From Bacteriovoracaceae bacterium (GTDB lineage: Bacteria; Bdellovibrionota; Bacteriovoracia; Bacteriovoracales; Bacteriovoracaceae), in NCBI GenBank assembly GCA_048270185.1, contig JBLWTJ010000001.1, positions 256,001 to 320,000 of the forward strand: a DNA stretch of 64,000 nucleotides, given 5' to 3'. Below the pieces are notes generated by a model. It made no database searches and was not told the origin of the DNA. It saw nothing but the letters and a program-made list of their open reading frames with translations. The translations under genes and the position numbers were made by a program. This document shows, piece after piece, positions 1-9,329 of this stretch (positions are counted from its first letter, which is position 1; every line of letters begins with the position of its first letter).

Positions 1-993
1 AGACTTAAATTCAGTTGGAAAGCGCCAGTCCTTTGGTGGACGGCATTTGCGCTTATCAAATTGATTCTTGTAGTAGCGTCTGATGTACCCTTTATCTGTT
101 AGCATTTCAAATTGCTCAAGAAGAATGTGCAGTTTTAATACTTTACCGATATCACCGTTCTTAGTGCGGATATATGAATGTTCACCAGGTAAGAATTCTC
201 TCTTATTTGAGTAAACATCATCTTCATATTTTATACAACATTTTACTTGGCCACAGACACCGTTAATCTTTGCTGGAATAAGTGCAAGGTTTTGGTTCTT
301 GGCCATTTTTATTGAAACATTTCCATAATTAGTTAGGAAGTATGAACAACAAGTTTGTAATCCACAAGCACCAGTTGCACCAAGGGCCGCAGCGCGATCC
401 CTAACTGAGATTTGGCGTAACTCAATTCTCATCTTAATTTCAGCAACAAGGTCTTTAACTAAGTTTCTAAAGTCGACTCTTTCAGGGGCCGTGAAATAGA
501 AGACGGCCTTTTTCCCAAATTGAATAAACTCAACGTGAGTTAAATTCATATTTAGATTGTATTTTTCAATGAGGCGAAGACATATAACTTCGGCTTCATT
601 TTCTTTTTTCATGTAACTTTTTTGTTCGTCGATATCTTCTTGTGTGGCAACTTTTGAGATCGAGCGAATAGGGAGCATCGACTTATCAAATTCTACTTCA
701 TAAGGAAAAGAGTTGATATAACCAACAGTCATCCCACGGTCACTCATGGCAATTACTTTTTGTCCGTAAGAAAACTTTCTCTTACCTAAGAGAAATGGCT
801 GACTTTTAGCGTTTCCAGGAAAGCGTACTCTAACCATTGTAAGAATTTGGCCGTCTTCGTACTTTCCATCTTGGTCTTTTGCTAATTTATCATCGTGTTT
901 TGTGAATTTATTTGCTTTCTTATCCGCATCAGACTTTCCTTGTGGATTCTCTGAACTAGGAGTTGAATTATTTACTTCTTCATTATTTGTCAT
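1..993 (-). CDS. PSP1-domain / RicT (YaaT)-family Fe-S protein; 3' end runs off the window
   Basis: Not in the ORF track; translated by hand. ATG at 993, open to position 1. Motifs FYFTAPERVDFRNLVKDL, RIELRQISVRD, GACGLQTCC, MAKNQNL, KINGVCGQVKCC. Follows holB, as Bacillus yaaT does. Confidence 0.9.
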   Translation of the reverse strand, partial: MTNNEEVNNSTPSSENPQGKSDADKKANKFTKHDDKLAKDQDGKYEDGQILTMVRVRFPGNAKSQPFLLGKRKFSYGQKVIAMSDRGMTVGYINSFPYEVEFDKSMLPIRSISKVATQEDIDEQKSYMKKENEAEVICLRLIEKYNLNMNLTHVEFIQFGKKAVFYFTAPERVDFRNLVKDLVAEIKMRIELRQISVRDRAAALGATGACGLQTCCSYFLTNYGNVSIKMAKNQNLALIPAKINGVCGQVKCCIKYEDDVYSNKREFLPGEHSYIRTKNGDIGKVLKLHILLEQFEMLTDKGYIRRYYKNQFDKRKCRPPKDWRFPTEFKS

Positions 994-1063
994 TAATTTA
1001 CCATTAAAATTTAATTAGCTTAGATTGTCGTCTTATTAACACTTTATGTCTAGTGCCAATGCA

Positions 1064-1891
1064 TTACATTATGATGCTTAAAAGTCGAGCTAATCTGGAT
1101 TTTGCCGCCCCGTTAAAGGGAATCTCATAGGTTGCCTTACTGATTGCATCAAGGCATTGTTGGGTCTTTCTCATATCAGGATTACTTATTTGAGAAAGAT
1201 AAGAGGCCACTGCTTGGTGTATTAATGCCTCGCGAGTTGGTTGTTCTTTGATGAGATCATGGAGATCATCAAGTTTTAATTGTTCACGACTTGCTGTGCT
1301 TAGGACCTCAACAAGTTCCTGGTCATCAATGAAGGCCGTGACAAACTGGTTAAAATTATCTGTTTTCTCTTGTTTTCTCGCAGCATCGATAGGGGTTATA
1401 TTGATTCTAATAGTTCTAGAATCAATTGTTTCTAAACTCTTTTCATCATTAGACTTTAAAAAAATAAAGATATGTCCTTCTGGTGGCTCTTCTAAGGTCT
1501 TTAATAGTTTATTGGCAAGAATTGTTGTGATTTTCTGAGATTGATCAAAAATAGAAAATGAGTACTTTAATTGCGACGGTTTGAATCGAATAAAGTTAAA
1601 GAAGCTCTCTATTGCTGGGTCAGCTACCTTATAGGTCTTCTCTTTAGTTTGGATAAAGAGTATATCTGAAACATTTCCGTCTTCCACAGATTTCTTGGCC
1701 AGCTCATTATTGTGCCCAAGTTCTTTTGAAACAATATTTACAAGGAAGTCTTTCGTCCAATTCTCAAGAATCTCTCTCTTTTGAGTAGGAGAGTATTGGC
1801 CACTTATTTCAAGTGTGTAGAAATGGGCCAGCGACTTATCATCATAGCGTTTTGATAATGCCTGAAAGGCTAAATCTCGACTCTTATCCAT
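1064..1891 (-). CDS. holB: DNA polymerase III delta' subunit-like protein (divergent)
   Basis: ANKLLKTLEEPP and ETIDSR motifs; overlaps the tmk stop; tmk-holB synteny. Confidence 0.75.
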   Translation of the reverse strand: MDKSRDLAFQALSKRYDDKSLAHFYTLEISGQYSPTQKREILENWTKDFLVNIVSKELGHNNELAKKSVEDGNVSDILFIQTKEKTYKVADPAIESFFNFIRFKPSQLKYSFSIFDQSQKITTILANKLLKTLEEPPEGHIFIFLKSNDEKSLETIDSRTIRINITPIDAARKQEKTDNFNQFVTAFIDDQELVEVLSTASREQLKLDDLHDLIKEQPTREALIHQAVASYLSQISNPDMRKTQQCLDAISKATYEIPFNGAAKSRLARLLSIIM

Positions 1892-2567
1892 TAATAACTG
1901 TTTCTACTTCTTGAATTAGACGATTCGTTACACTTTCAAGGCTTCCTGCACCGTCAATTTTTACGATACGATTAGGAAAGATATCAGCGCAGTAGTCATA
2001 ACCTTCAATAAGAGACTGATGAAAACTATTATCTCTTGATTCAAAGTAATCTTTAGGCATATTTCTTAATTGTTGTCTCTCAAGAGATTTTTCTAGATCA
2101 ATTCTTAGGTAGAATGTCTTATGAGGAACAATATTTAGTGGAAATTGCGAGTGGATTTTTAGGATATACTCTGGCCCTAGTCGTCTTGCCACTCCCTGGT
2201 ACGCAATTGAGCTATCGATAAAGCGATCACAGATAACAATTGTATTTGGAGTTTCTAGTTCTTTTAAAATAAGATCATGGAGATTTTGTGCTCTAGCACT
2301 CGCAAATAAGTGCGCTTCGGCCGCTGGATGAAGATCTGTTTGCGAAGTTAGAATGGCCTGTCTTAGCTTCTCTCCAAATGGTGTCCCACCTGGTTCTCTA
2401 ATAACAATAACATTAAAGCCTTTATCTTCAAGATAGTTTTTTACTTTTACTATTTGTGTTGATTTTCCTGAGCCTTCAATCCCTTCAAAGCTAAAGAAGA
2501 ATGATCCAGGGAAGGCCGCTTGACGAAAGTACTTAGTCAATTCTGTGATAGTTGTTGTGTTTTCCAT
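1884..2567 (-). CDS. tmk: Thymidylate (dTMP) kinase
   Basis: FEGIEGSGKST P-loop, REPGGT, CDRFIDSSIAYQG. Confidence 0.97.
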   Translation of the reverse strand: MENTTTITELTKYFRQAAFPGSFFFSFEGIEGSGKSTQIVKVKNYLEDKGFNVIVIREPGGTPFGEKLRQAILTSQTDLHPAAEAHLFASARAQNLHDLILKELETPNTIVICDRFIDSSIAYQGVARRLGPEYILKIHSQFPLNIVPHKTFYLRIDLEKSLERQQLRNMPKDYFESRDNSFHQSLIEGYDYCADIFPNRIVKIDGAGSLESVTNRLIQEVETVING

Positions 2568-2625
2568 ACCTTGAAAGTATCACAACAAGTTAATTGTTGA
2601 CTACAAATTCTTTAATCTTTGATGA

Positions 2626-3861
2626 CTAAAATTCATCACCTTCGACAACATCTTCTGGAGAGAATTCATCTTGTTGTAATCTGCCTTCAAGATCTCCTGC
2701 AGCAGGTGAGCGATCTAGGTAGTCATCAACAATTTCACGGGCCGCATCAAGTTCATCGTAATTCTCAAGCTGTTCGTCCTGTGGGTCAAATGTCTCTTTT
2801 GATACTCTTTGGCGAATTGGGTCAAGCTCTAGTGCCTCTGTATTATCATCAAAGATAACTTCTGGTGGGAGTTCGGCCGTTTCAATATGGCCATCATCCA
2901 TAAACCTTGCTTCATTTAAGAACTCTGCATCTTTAATTGGCTCCTGACTACGAGTAATCTTTCTTGGCGCTGGTGTTGGAGTTCTCTTTGGCCTTGGAGA
3001 GACTTTCTTAGGCTGACCTTGAAAATCCTCAGGTGTTTCTTGTTTTGCCATCTGTGTTGGGCGTGGTTTAGCTTTTGTTACTTTAGATCGCTTAGTGCTT
3101 GCTACACTTCGATCTTGTTTTCCTGAAAGCTTATTGTAAGTGAAGAAAACTCCAGCAATTAACATAAAGCTCATAGCAAAGGCTGTCATTTTAACAGTGA
3201 TAGCACTATCTGTTTTTTGACTTGGATTAAAATCATCAATTTGAGCTTTATTTGGGTTAAGCTTCTGATTTCCAATATAGGCCAAGTCATAAATAAATTC
3301 TTTATCTTGTGAATTTTTCTTTGATAGGGCCATTGCCTTATCTGCATCGAGTGTTGAATTTTGAAAGATATGTCCTTGAGGTGAGTCAGGTAATTGCTCA
3401 TTTGAGCGAGTACGGCGATCAAAGATTTCAAATTCATGAATTGATCCCCAGCTTTGACCTGCATCGATTGAGATAAAGTCAGTATAAATAACCTCAAGCT
3501 TATCAAGCTTGGCCATGATTTCTTGACTTGAATATGGCCCGTCTTTCTTATTATTTTTAAGAAGATAGAATTGATCATCTTCATCAATTTGGAATTCTTT
3601 TATAATTTCAGGCTTTCTTCTTTGAAAGAGTGGATGAGTTGTAATTTGTGTCCAATCGCCACCAGCTAGGCATTTTACAGAAACACCTTCTTTAAAAAGA
3701 GTGTAGTCTTCAATGAATTCTTTGAGATCTTCTTGCCAAAAAGGACCAAGTTCTTTGCTATTATCTTTAATATAATAGACTTCTTCTGGAGCATACATTC
3801 CCCCAGACACTTGTTCTTTTGTCAGTAAGTACTCTTTAATATTCTTTCTACTACCGGCCAT
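2626..3861 (-). CDS. Membrane protein with two GYF_2 (DUF4339)-like domains, one TM helix and a low-complexity acidic tail
   Basis: YYIKDNSKELGPF and FYLLKNNKKDGPYS...W repeats; TM segment AFAMSFMLIAGVFFTY. Confidence 0.6.
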   Translation of the reverse strand: MAGSRKNIKEYLLTKEQVSGGMYAPEEVYYIKDNSKELGPFWQEDLKEFIEDYTLFKEGVSVKCLAGGDWTQITTHPLFQRRKPEIIKEFQIDEDDQFYLLKNNKKDGPYSSQEIMAKLDKLEVIYTDFISIDAGQSWGSIHEFEIFDRRTRSNEQLPDSPQGHIFQNSTLDADKAMALSKKNSQDKEFIYDLAYIGNQKLNPNKAQIDDFNPSQKTDSAITVKMTAFAMSFMLIAGVFFTYNKLSGKQDRSVASTKRSKVTKAKPRPTQMAKQETPEDFQGQPKKVSPRPKRTPTPAPRKITRSQEPIKDAEFLNEARFMDDGHIETAELPPEVIFDDNTEALELDPIRQRVSKETFDPQDEQLENYDELDAAREIVDDYLDRSPAAGDLEGRLQQDEFSPEDVVEGDEF

Positions 3862-3903
3862 AATTCCCTAAACCCTGATTGAATTAATCACTTTCTATAG
3901 TAG

Positions 3904-3930
3904 TTATCGGAAATATTTGCCCTTAGTTTA
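3904..3930 (-). promoter_or_regulatory. sigma28 (FliA)-like promoter of the GYF_2 gene
   Basis: Minus strand TAAA-N15-TCCGATAA versus consensus TAAA-N15-GCCGATAA. Confidence 0.65.
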
Positions 3931-3943
3931 ATAAAATATAAAC

Positions 3944-3971
3944 AAAAAAGCCGACTACTGGAGTCGGCTTT
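3944..3971 (-). terminator. Intrinsic terminator
   Basis: AAAGCCGACT-actgg-AGTCGGCTTT hairpin with U tract on the minus strand, downstream of 3999..4862. Confidence 0.8.
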
Positions 3972-3998
3972 GTAAGTATCTAAATATTGAGAATTTTA

Positions 3999-4862
3999 TT
4001 AGAAAATTGGGAAGAACGCTGAAACGATTAGTTGAGCATTCTTAAGTGTATCATTTGCAAAATCATCGTCATTGTCTCTGAAGTCAATTGGCTCAAGAGC
4101 AAGTGATGCTGAAAGAGAAACTGCTGAGAAAGAGTATCCGATCTCTGGAGAAACTGAAATTGATTCTGCTTCTGCATTACCTTTTCTTCTGTTTTGAGCA
4201 TAGTACTCGATAGTAAGCGCTGTATAGAGCTTATCGTTTACATAATATGTTGGAGCTACTGCTGCATAATAGTTTGAAAGAAATTTTGATGAACCTGTAT
4301 TTCTAATATAGTTTTCATAGAAAGCATAAGTTCCAATTTTAAACTTATCAGTAATTTTCTTACCACCAATTAGGTAAAGACGGTTTTTAGCGTCATATCC
4401 TGATCCATTTCTTGTATCAACTGGATAGTAGTAAAGACGGTTTTGTACATATAGGTCAAATCCGTGTTTCTCTTCTGTTAGGATATTCTTAACGTAAAGT
4501 CTTGCTTGTGTTGAAGCGTATTGTTGGTGAACTGTACGACTTCCGTCTTTGTTTTCTTGAGCGTCTGTGAAGTCAGTTTGCCAAGATGGTACAAGTTTTA
4601 CAGCAAAGTTTTTGTTGATATTGTAACCAATATATAAGTAGTTATAGAAACTATATCCATTGATCGACTTAGTAAAAGAGTTCGAACCCTCTGCAAGGTA
4701 TTGCATATTAAATGGTGAGTCTTTAAGTTGCTCATACCAAGACTTACTTACTGATGTCTCTGTTGTGTTAGTAGTTGATGAAGATGGCACTGAAGACGTT
4801 GAAGTCGCGGCCATTACACTTACTGTTGCGAATGCGAGCAAAGCTCCCTTAATAATTCCCAT
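3999..4862 (-). CDS. Putative outer-membrane beta-barrel protein
   Basis: Signal peptide, Ser/Thr-rich linker, aromatic-rich alternating strands, C-terminal Phe; GGGAGA RBS. Confidence 0.65.
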   Translation of the reverse strand: MGIIKGALLAFATVSVMAATSTSSVPSSSTTNTTETSVSKSWYEQLKDSPFNMQYLAEGSNSFTKSINGYSFYNYLYIGYNINKNFAVKLVPSWQTDFTDAQENKDGSRTVHQQYASTQARLYVKNILTEEKHGFDLYVQNRLYYYPVDTRNGSGYDAKNRLYLIGGKKITDKFKIGTYAFYENYIRNTGSSKFLSNYYAAVAPTYYVNDKLYTALTIEYYAQNRRKGNAEAESISVSPEIGYSFSAVSLSASLALEPIDFRDNDDDFANDTLKNAQLIVSAFFPIF

Positions 4863-5073
4863 TTAAATTCTCCCTCTTTCTTTTTTATAGGAGATGATAT
4901 TCGAATTATTTTTATTGATTTGCAACATATGATTGTTTAAGGAGTTAATTTTATCTGCTAATGTAAGAAAAAGTCAGTTTATAACTGCGAAAATTAAGAT
5001 TTTGTTATATTTAGGTGTCATGTCGGCCTTATTTTGTCTTCTAATTAGGGCCAAAGCTATCTATAATGAATCT

Positions 5074-6417
5074 ATGTTATTGATTTTTCTTATTCAATCC
5101 ATTTTGAGAATTTGTCTTTATCCGTTCTTCGTATTGGCCTATATTGTAAGAATTCCGTTTTTTTACGAGCGAATAGCCTTTGAAAGAAGAAATTATCGAG
5201 AGGAAGGGGCCAGGCCATTTGCTCGCGTCGGAAAGAAGGCCGATTGTCTTTTTCACTTCTCAAGTGAGGGTGAGTTCGAACAGATTAGGCCTTTGGCCGA
5301 TGAAATGATCTCTCTTGGTAAGAATATTGAGTTTATCTTCACTTCACCAAGTGTTGAGACAAAAGTTTGTGAGTACTACAGATCAAATAAAGAAAGAGTC
5401 CGTTATTTAAGGCTTCCAATTCTTATCTACTTTCCACTTTTGTCACGCCAAAATGTTATCGCATGGTCTAGTGCTAATAAAATGATGATGGTTCGTTATG
5501 ACTTTTTTCCTGAGTTGATATATTTAGGAACAAAAATGAAGGAATTTATCCTATTTTCTGCGACAATTAAGAACTCTAAGTCTCAGAAGATATCAATTGC
5601 AAAGAAGTTTATCTACAATCAATTTAACCGTATTATTTGTGCTTCTAACAAGGATTTCGAGCAATTTAGTGCCCTTGCCTCACAAGGAGAATTTTCACTA
5701 GAACATACTCGATTTGATCCTCCAATAGAACTTAGAATGTTACAAATTAACTCTCGTCAAAATTCTTTTAGAAAACATAAATTCTATGAAGAATTTAATT
5801 CTCTCATTTCACTATATCGTTATGAGAAGAGAATCTGCCTTGCTCAGCTTTGGCCTATTGAACTTGATATCTTTAAGGATCAAGATTTAGTCAAACTTAT
5901 CACTGGCCGTGATCTCTTTGTCTTCGTGGCACCACATAAATTGAGTCAAGAAAGTGTCGACACGTTTATAAATTCTATTACAGAGAGTTGCCCACAGCTT
6001 GTCCTCTATCACTTAAGTCAAGAGACTCTCGATAATGGAGAGATGGACAAGCTTATTGAAGACTTTCAAATGTCTCCTGGGATTATTCTTTGTACTGTTA
6101 AAGGTGTACTGTGTGAACTCTATCCATACTTTGAGAAAGTCTTTGTGGGTGGCGGTCATGGTAAAGGTGTTCATTCTCTACTTGAGCCATATGTTGCTGG
6201 GGCAAGTATTTATTGTGGCCCAAATATTCACAGATCAACTGAGTATGATACAATCATAAATAACGGCCAAGAGGTCACAATTCTAAATAATTTTGAAAAT
6301 GTTATGGCCAAATTTATTAGTCCGGTTTCAAATAGAATTGATAATAAAGTACTAGCACAAATGCTTAAAGAGAGTGAGTTATCTAAGAAGAAACTCATTC
6401 AATCACTAACGAAGTAA
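5074..6417 (+). CDS. waaA: Kdo transferase (WaaA/KdtA)-like glycosyltransferase
   Basis: LFHFSSEGE (cf. WxHxxSVGE) and FVGGGHGKGVHSLLEP (cf. FVGGS..GGHNxLEP); N-terminal TM anchor. ATG 5074 preferred over TTG 4933. Confidence 0.75.
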   Translation: MLLIFLIQSILRICLYPFFVLAYIVRIPFFYERIAFERRNYREEGARPFARVGKKADCLFHFSSEGEFEQIRPLADEMISLGKNIEFIFTSPSVETKVCEYYRSNKERVRYLRLPILIYFPLLSRQNVIAWSSANKMMMVRYDFFPELIYLGTKMKEFILFSATIKNSKSQKISIAKKFIYNQFNRIICASNKDFEQFSALASQGEFSLEHTRFDPPIELRMLQINSRQNSFRKHKFYEEFNSLISLYRYEKRICLAQLWPIELDIFKDQDLVKLITGRDLFVFVAPHKLSQESVDTFINSITESCPQLVLYHLSQETLDNGEMDKLIEDFQMSPGIILCTVKGVLCELYPYFEKVFVGGGHGKGVHSLLEPYVAGASIYCGPNIHRSTEYDTIINNGQEVTILNNFENVMAKFISPVSNRIDNKVLAQMLKESELSKKKLIQSLTK

Positions 6418-6418
6418 T

Positions 6419-7768
6419 ATGAATAAAACAATCGATACATTAGTCATTGGAAATAATATAACAAGCTTTTTAACATCTTCTCAGATCTTAAAAAGTGGAC
6501 AGAAAGCGATCTATTTAAGAGATAAGCGAATCAAGTCAAGTGATCCTTACTTTATGTTCTTTGGCCCTTTAGACTTATCATTTATAAAAACATGGGTAAG
6601 TGATCTTGAAATGGCCGAGGATATATTTAACGAAGACTCATTCGTTCTATCTCCATTTAGTATTATAATAAATGGTAAGCGTACAATGTGTGCAGGGGCC
6701 AGTCCTTACTTGAACTTCATGCAAGTTTGTCGACATTATCCATCTTTACATAATAAATTTCTACAAATTCTAGCTTCTGAAGATGTTGATCATGCTAAGT
6801 TTGATTCAGATTTTCTTGCTTGTGCAAAAAGGCTAGGAGAGTCCTTTTGTCGTTATAAAACAATTCATCAAATATCTGTTTCTACTTTCAAGGCCGACCT
6901 GCCTAAGTATATTTATGATATTTATACGGTCTTTAAAGAAGAAGTTAAGAATAATCGCGAACTACATCAGTTTATCTGCACTCTAAGATGTGTTTATACT
7001 CATGGATTAGAGCTAACTCTTTCAGACCTTGAGCTCATGTACTACTTTATATCTGTCTTATCTCCACGCTATCACTTTCTTTGGAGTCCTGCTAAGGAAA
7101 CACAGGTTAATGAAACGATTAATTCTCTTGGTGGATCTACCTATGACGATATTATTGAAGAGTTTAGCTTTTCTAATAATAGACCTTGGGCAACACAATT
7201 ATCTTCATTTTCAGGTGTGATATCACCTGCAAAAATTGCTATTTTTAGTTCGAATGTAGCAAAACTTGGAATCTCACATAATCTTGAAAGCCTATATCGA
7301 TGTATAAAACTTCGTTTTAAATGCCAGGATGATCTTGTTTCTGGAATCTACTATATTTTTAATGATGATTCATTTGGTGGTGACATAGCTTTTATTAGAA
7401 AGGAAGTCATTGTCGTTGACTCTCTTGATGGAAAACAGACCCTTGCTAATATTAAAGTTTATAAAAAGTATAATGACTGTTTAAAGCTAGATTTTTGCCA
7501 AGATGAACTTGAAGCTATGTTAAAAGAGAGTCATATTATTGAGAAAGACGATCAATTAATGACTGGTGTAATGACTGATGAAGTCTGTGTTCTTAGAAAT
7601 CATGGTATGATAAACTCTGGAGCTAAGATTAACTTAAAGTTTCGAAATAGTGATGGACCTAAAGCTTCTTGTGTTAAAGGAGTATACTATCAAGGACCAC
7701 TTAAGAAGAATGAATTAGCAATTACTCAAACATTAATTGAAGCTCGTGAATTTAAAACCTTTATATAA
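6419..7768 (+). CDS. Hypothetical protein, possibly a degenerate FAD/Rossmann-fold protein
   Basis: N-terminal DTLVIGNNITS resembles a decayed GxGxxG; 1-nt gap after waaA. Confidence 0.55.
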   Translation: MNKTIDTLVIGNNITSFLTSSQILKSGQKAIYLRDKRIKSSDPYFMFFGPLDLSFIKTWVSDLEMAEDIFNEDSFVLSPFSIIINGKRTMCAGASPYLNFMQVCRHYPSLHNKFLQILASEDVDHAKFDSDFLACAKRLGESFCRYKTIHQISVSTFKADLPKYIYDIYTVFKEEVKNNRELHQFICTLRCVYTHGLELTLSDLELMYYFISVLSPRYHFLWSPAKETQVNETINSLGGSTYDDIIEEFSFSNNRPWATQLSSFSGVISPAKIAIFSSNVAKLGISHNLESLYRCIKLRFKCQDDLVSGIYYIFNDDSFGGDIAFIRKEVIVVDSLDGKQTLANIKVYKKYNDCLKLDFCQDELEAMLKESHIIEKDDQLMTGVMTDEVCVLRNHGMINSGAKINLKFRNSDGPKASCVKGVYYQGPLKKNELAITQTLIEAREFKTFI

Positions 7769-7777
7769 GGATGGCCC

Positions 7778-8002
7778 ATGAAAGTTAGGGATTCTGGACA
7801 AGTTGTTGTTGAATATCTCCTGCTTATAGTAGCGGTCGTCTCAATCATGTTTGGGGTCTTTGAAATATTAAAAACTCGAATTTCCGCCGACCCAAATGCT
7901 TGCCGAAATGGAAGTATAAACCCTCTTTGTTACCTCCAGACTCTCGGTCTTGAGAGCAATACTGACGTCAGATCTAACAAGTTTCGCAATTATAAGCTAT
8001 AA
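7778..8002 (+). CDS. Flp/TadE-like type IVb prepilin
   Basis: Class III signal SG|QVVVEYLLLIVAVV with Glu5/Tyr6, a hydrophobic helix and a Cys pair; AGGA RBS. Confidence 0.75.
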   Translation: MKVRDSGQVVVEYLLLIVAVVSIMFGVFEILKTRISADPNACRNGSINPLCYLQTLGLESNTDVRSNKFRNYKL

Positions 8003-8154
8003 TTGACACTTGTAACTCATTAAATTTACTCATGTTTTCTTGGAAATCTGAAATTATTTCATCAGTGTTCGTTTTTGCAGAGAATAATCTCGCTACGTGT
8101 TATAAGAATTTGTAACTCTATTTAAATAAAATTAAAAGAGAAAGGGAGAACATC

Positions 8155-9186
8155 ATGAAAACAACAATGATTAACTCGGCCGTATTGGCAGCACTGCTTT
8201 TTTCAAGTGCAGCTGGTTATGCGCAACAGGAAGATCCGTTACTAAGTGAAACTGATCAAGTTGTTCATACAGATGAAATCAATATCGACGGCTTCTACAA
8301 GAAGAAAAAGAAAAAGTCACAGGCGGATAAGATTCAAGCACTACGTCGTCAGCTCGAAGAAAAACATGAGCAGATGATGAGAAAGAATGTTGAAGATATG
8401 CGTCTACAAGAAGAGAAGCGCATTGCTAATAAGATTCAAAAGGCCCTTGAAGGTCAACTTAAGGCAATGGATGAAATCAATACTCAACAAGCAGCTCCTG
8501 TTAAAACTGTAGCAGTTGCTCCGGCAGCACCGCTGGAAGCTGGGCTTGAGAATAAGATCTCTCTTGAAACTGGCTATACAAATATTACTGGTGCTCAAAA
8601 AGAGTGGACTGCTGGATTTAATTTCAAAGGTTCAATGGAGACAAAAGTGAGCGATCACTTCTCTGCTGGTATCAGTGTTGGTTATATGAGTATCAATATC
8701 AAAGGAAATGACCTTTACGGTTATGGAAATAGTTATGGGTACGGGTATGGATATTATGGTTATAATAACAACTATAATGCTTATAATAATCAATCAACTA
8801 ATGATGAAATCTCTTATGGAGAGTTCAATTTTGGTGCATTTGGTAAGTTTTATTTCTCACGTGCTTCAAAGATTAAGCCATTCTTAAGTTTTGGTACAGG
8901 TCTTCATTTTGGAAATTTCACAATTGAAAACCCAATCAATACTTATAATGAAACTGATTTAGGTTATAAGTATCTAAGTGGTAGTGCATCACTTGGTGCG
9001 GAAGTAAATTTCGCAAAAGAATTTAGTGCTTCGATTGCTCTTACTTATGAGAAGAATATCATGGCGCTAGGTGAAGAAGCTCAGTACGATGGTTCTTACA
9101 ATAGCCAGGTTCTTAATGACCAAGCTAAGAACCTTGAAGGTGCTAGCTCATTTGCAATTGGAGCAGGAGTTTCATTCCTATTCTAG
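8155..9186 (+). CDS. Outer-membrane beta-barrel protein with N-terminal coiled coil
   Basis: Signal peptide (GYA), helical K/E/Q-rich region, IKPFLSFGTG strand, C-terminal GAGVSFLF. Confidence 0.7.
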   Translation: MKTTMINSAVLAALLFSSAAGYAQQEDPLLSETDQVVHTDEINIDGFYKKKKKKSQADKIQALRRQLEEKHEQMMRKNVEDMRLQEEKRIANKIQKALEGQLKAMDEINTQQAAPVKTVAVAPAAPLEAGLENKISLETGYTNITGAQKEWTAGFNFKGSMETKVSDHFSAGISVGYMSINIKGNDLYGYGNSYGYGYGYYGYNNNYNAYNNQSTNDEISYGEFNFGAFGKFYFSRASKIKPFLSFGTGLHFGNFTIENPINTYNETDLGYKYLSGSASLGAEVNFAKEFSASIALTYEKNIMALGEEAQYDGSYNSQVLNDQAKNLEGASSFAIGAGVSFLF

Positions 9187-9223
9187 TTAAGAATTAATTA
9201 ATTATTTAAACAATGTTCTCATT

Positions 9224-9257
9224 AAAGGCCCGTCTCATCATTGGACGGGCCTTTTTT
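9224..9257 (+). terminator. Intrinsic terminator
   Basis: AAAGGCCCGTC...GACGGGCCTTTTTT. Confidence 0.85.
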
Positions 9258-9329
9258 ACTTTTCATAATCCCTCAATATCCATACAATATTACCAAGTTA
9301 ATTTAATATCTAAAGAAAGGACTCAATAG

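Noticed and set aside
4933..5073. N-terminal extension of the WaaA-like ORF from TTG 4933
   Set aside because: It spans the divergent promoter region and has no RBS; ATG 5074 gives a normal N-terminal anchor.
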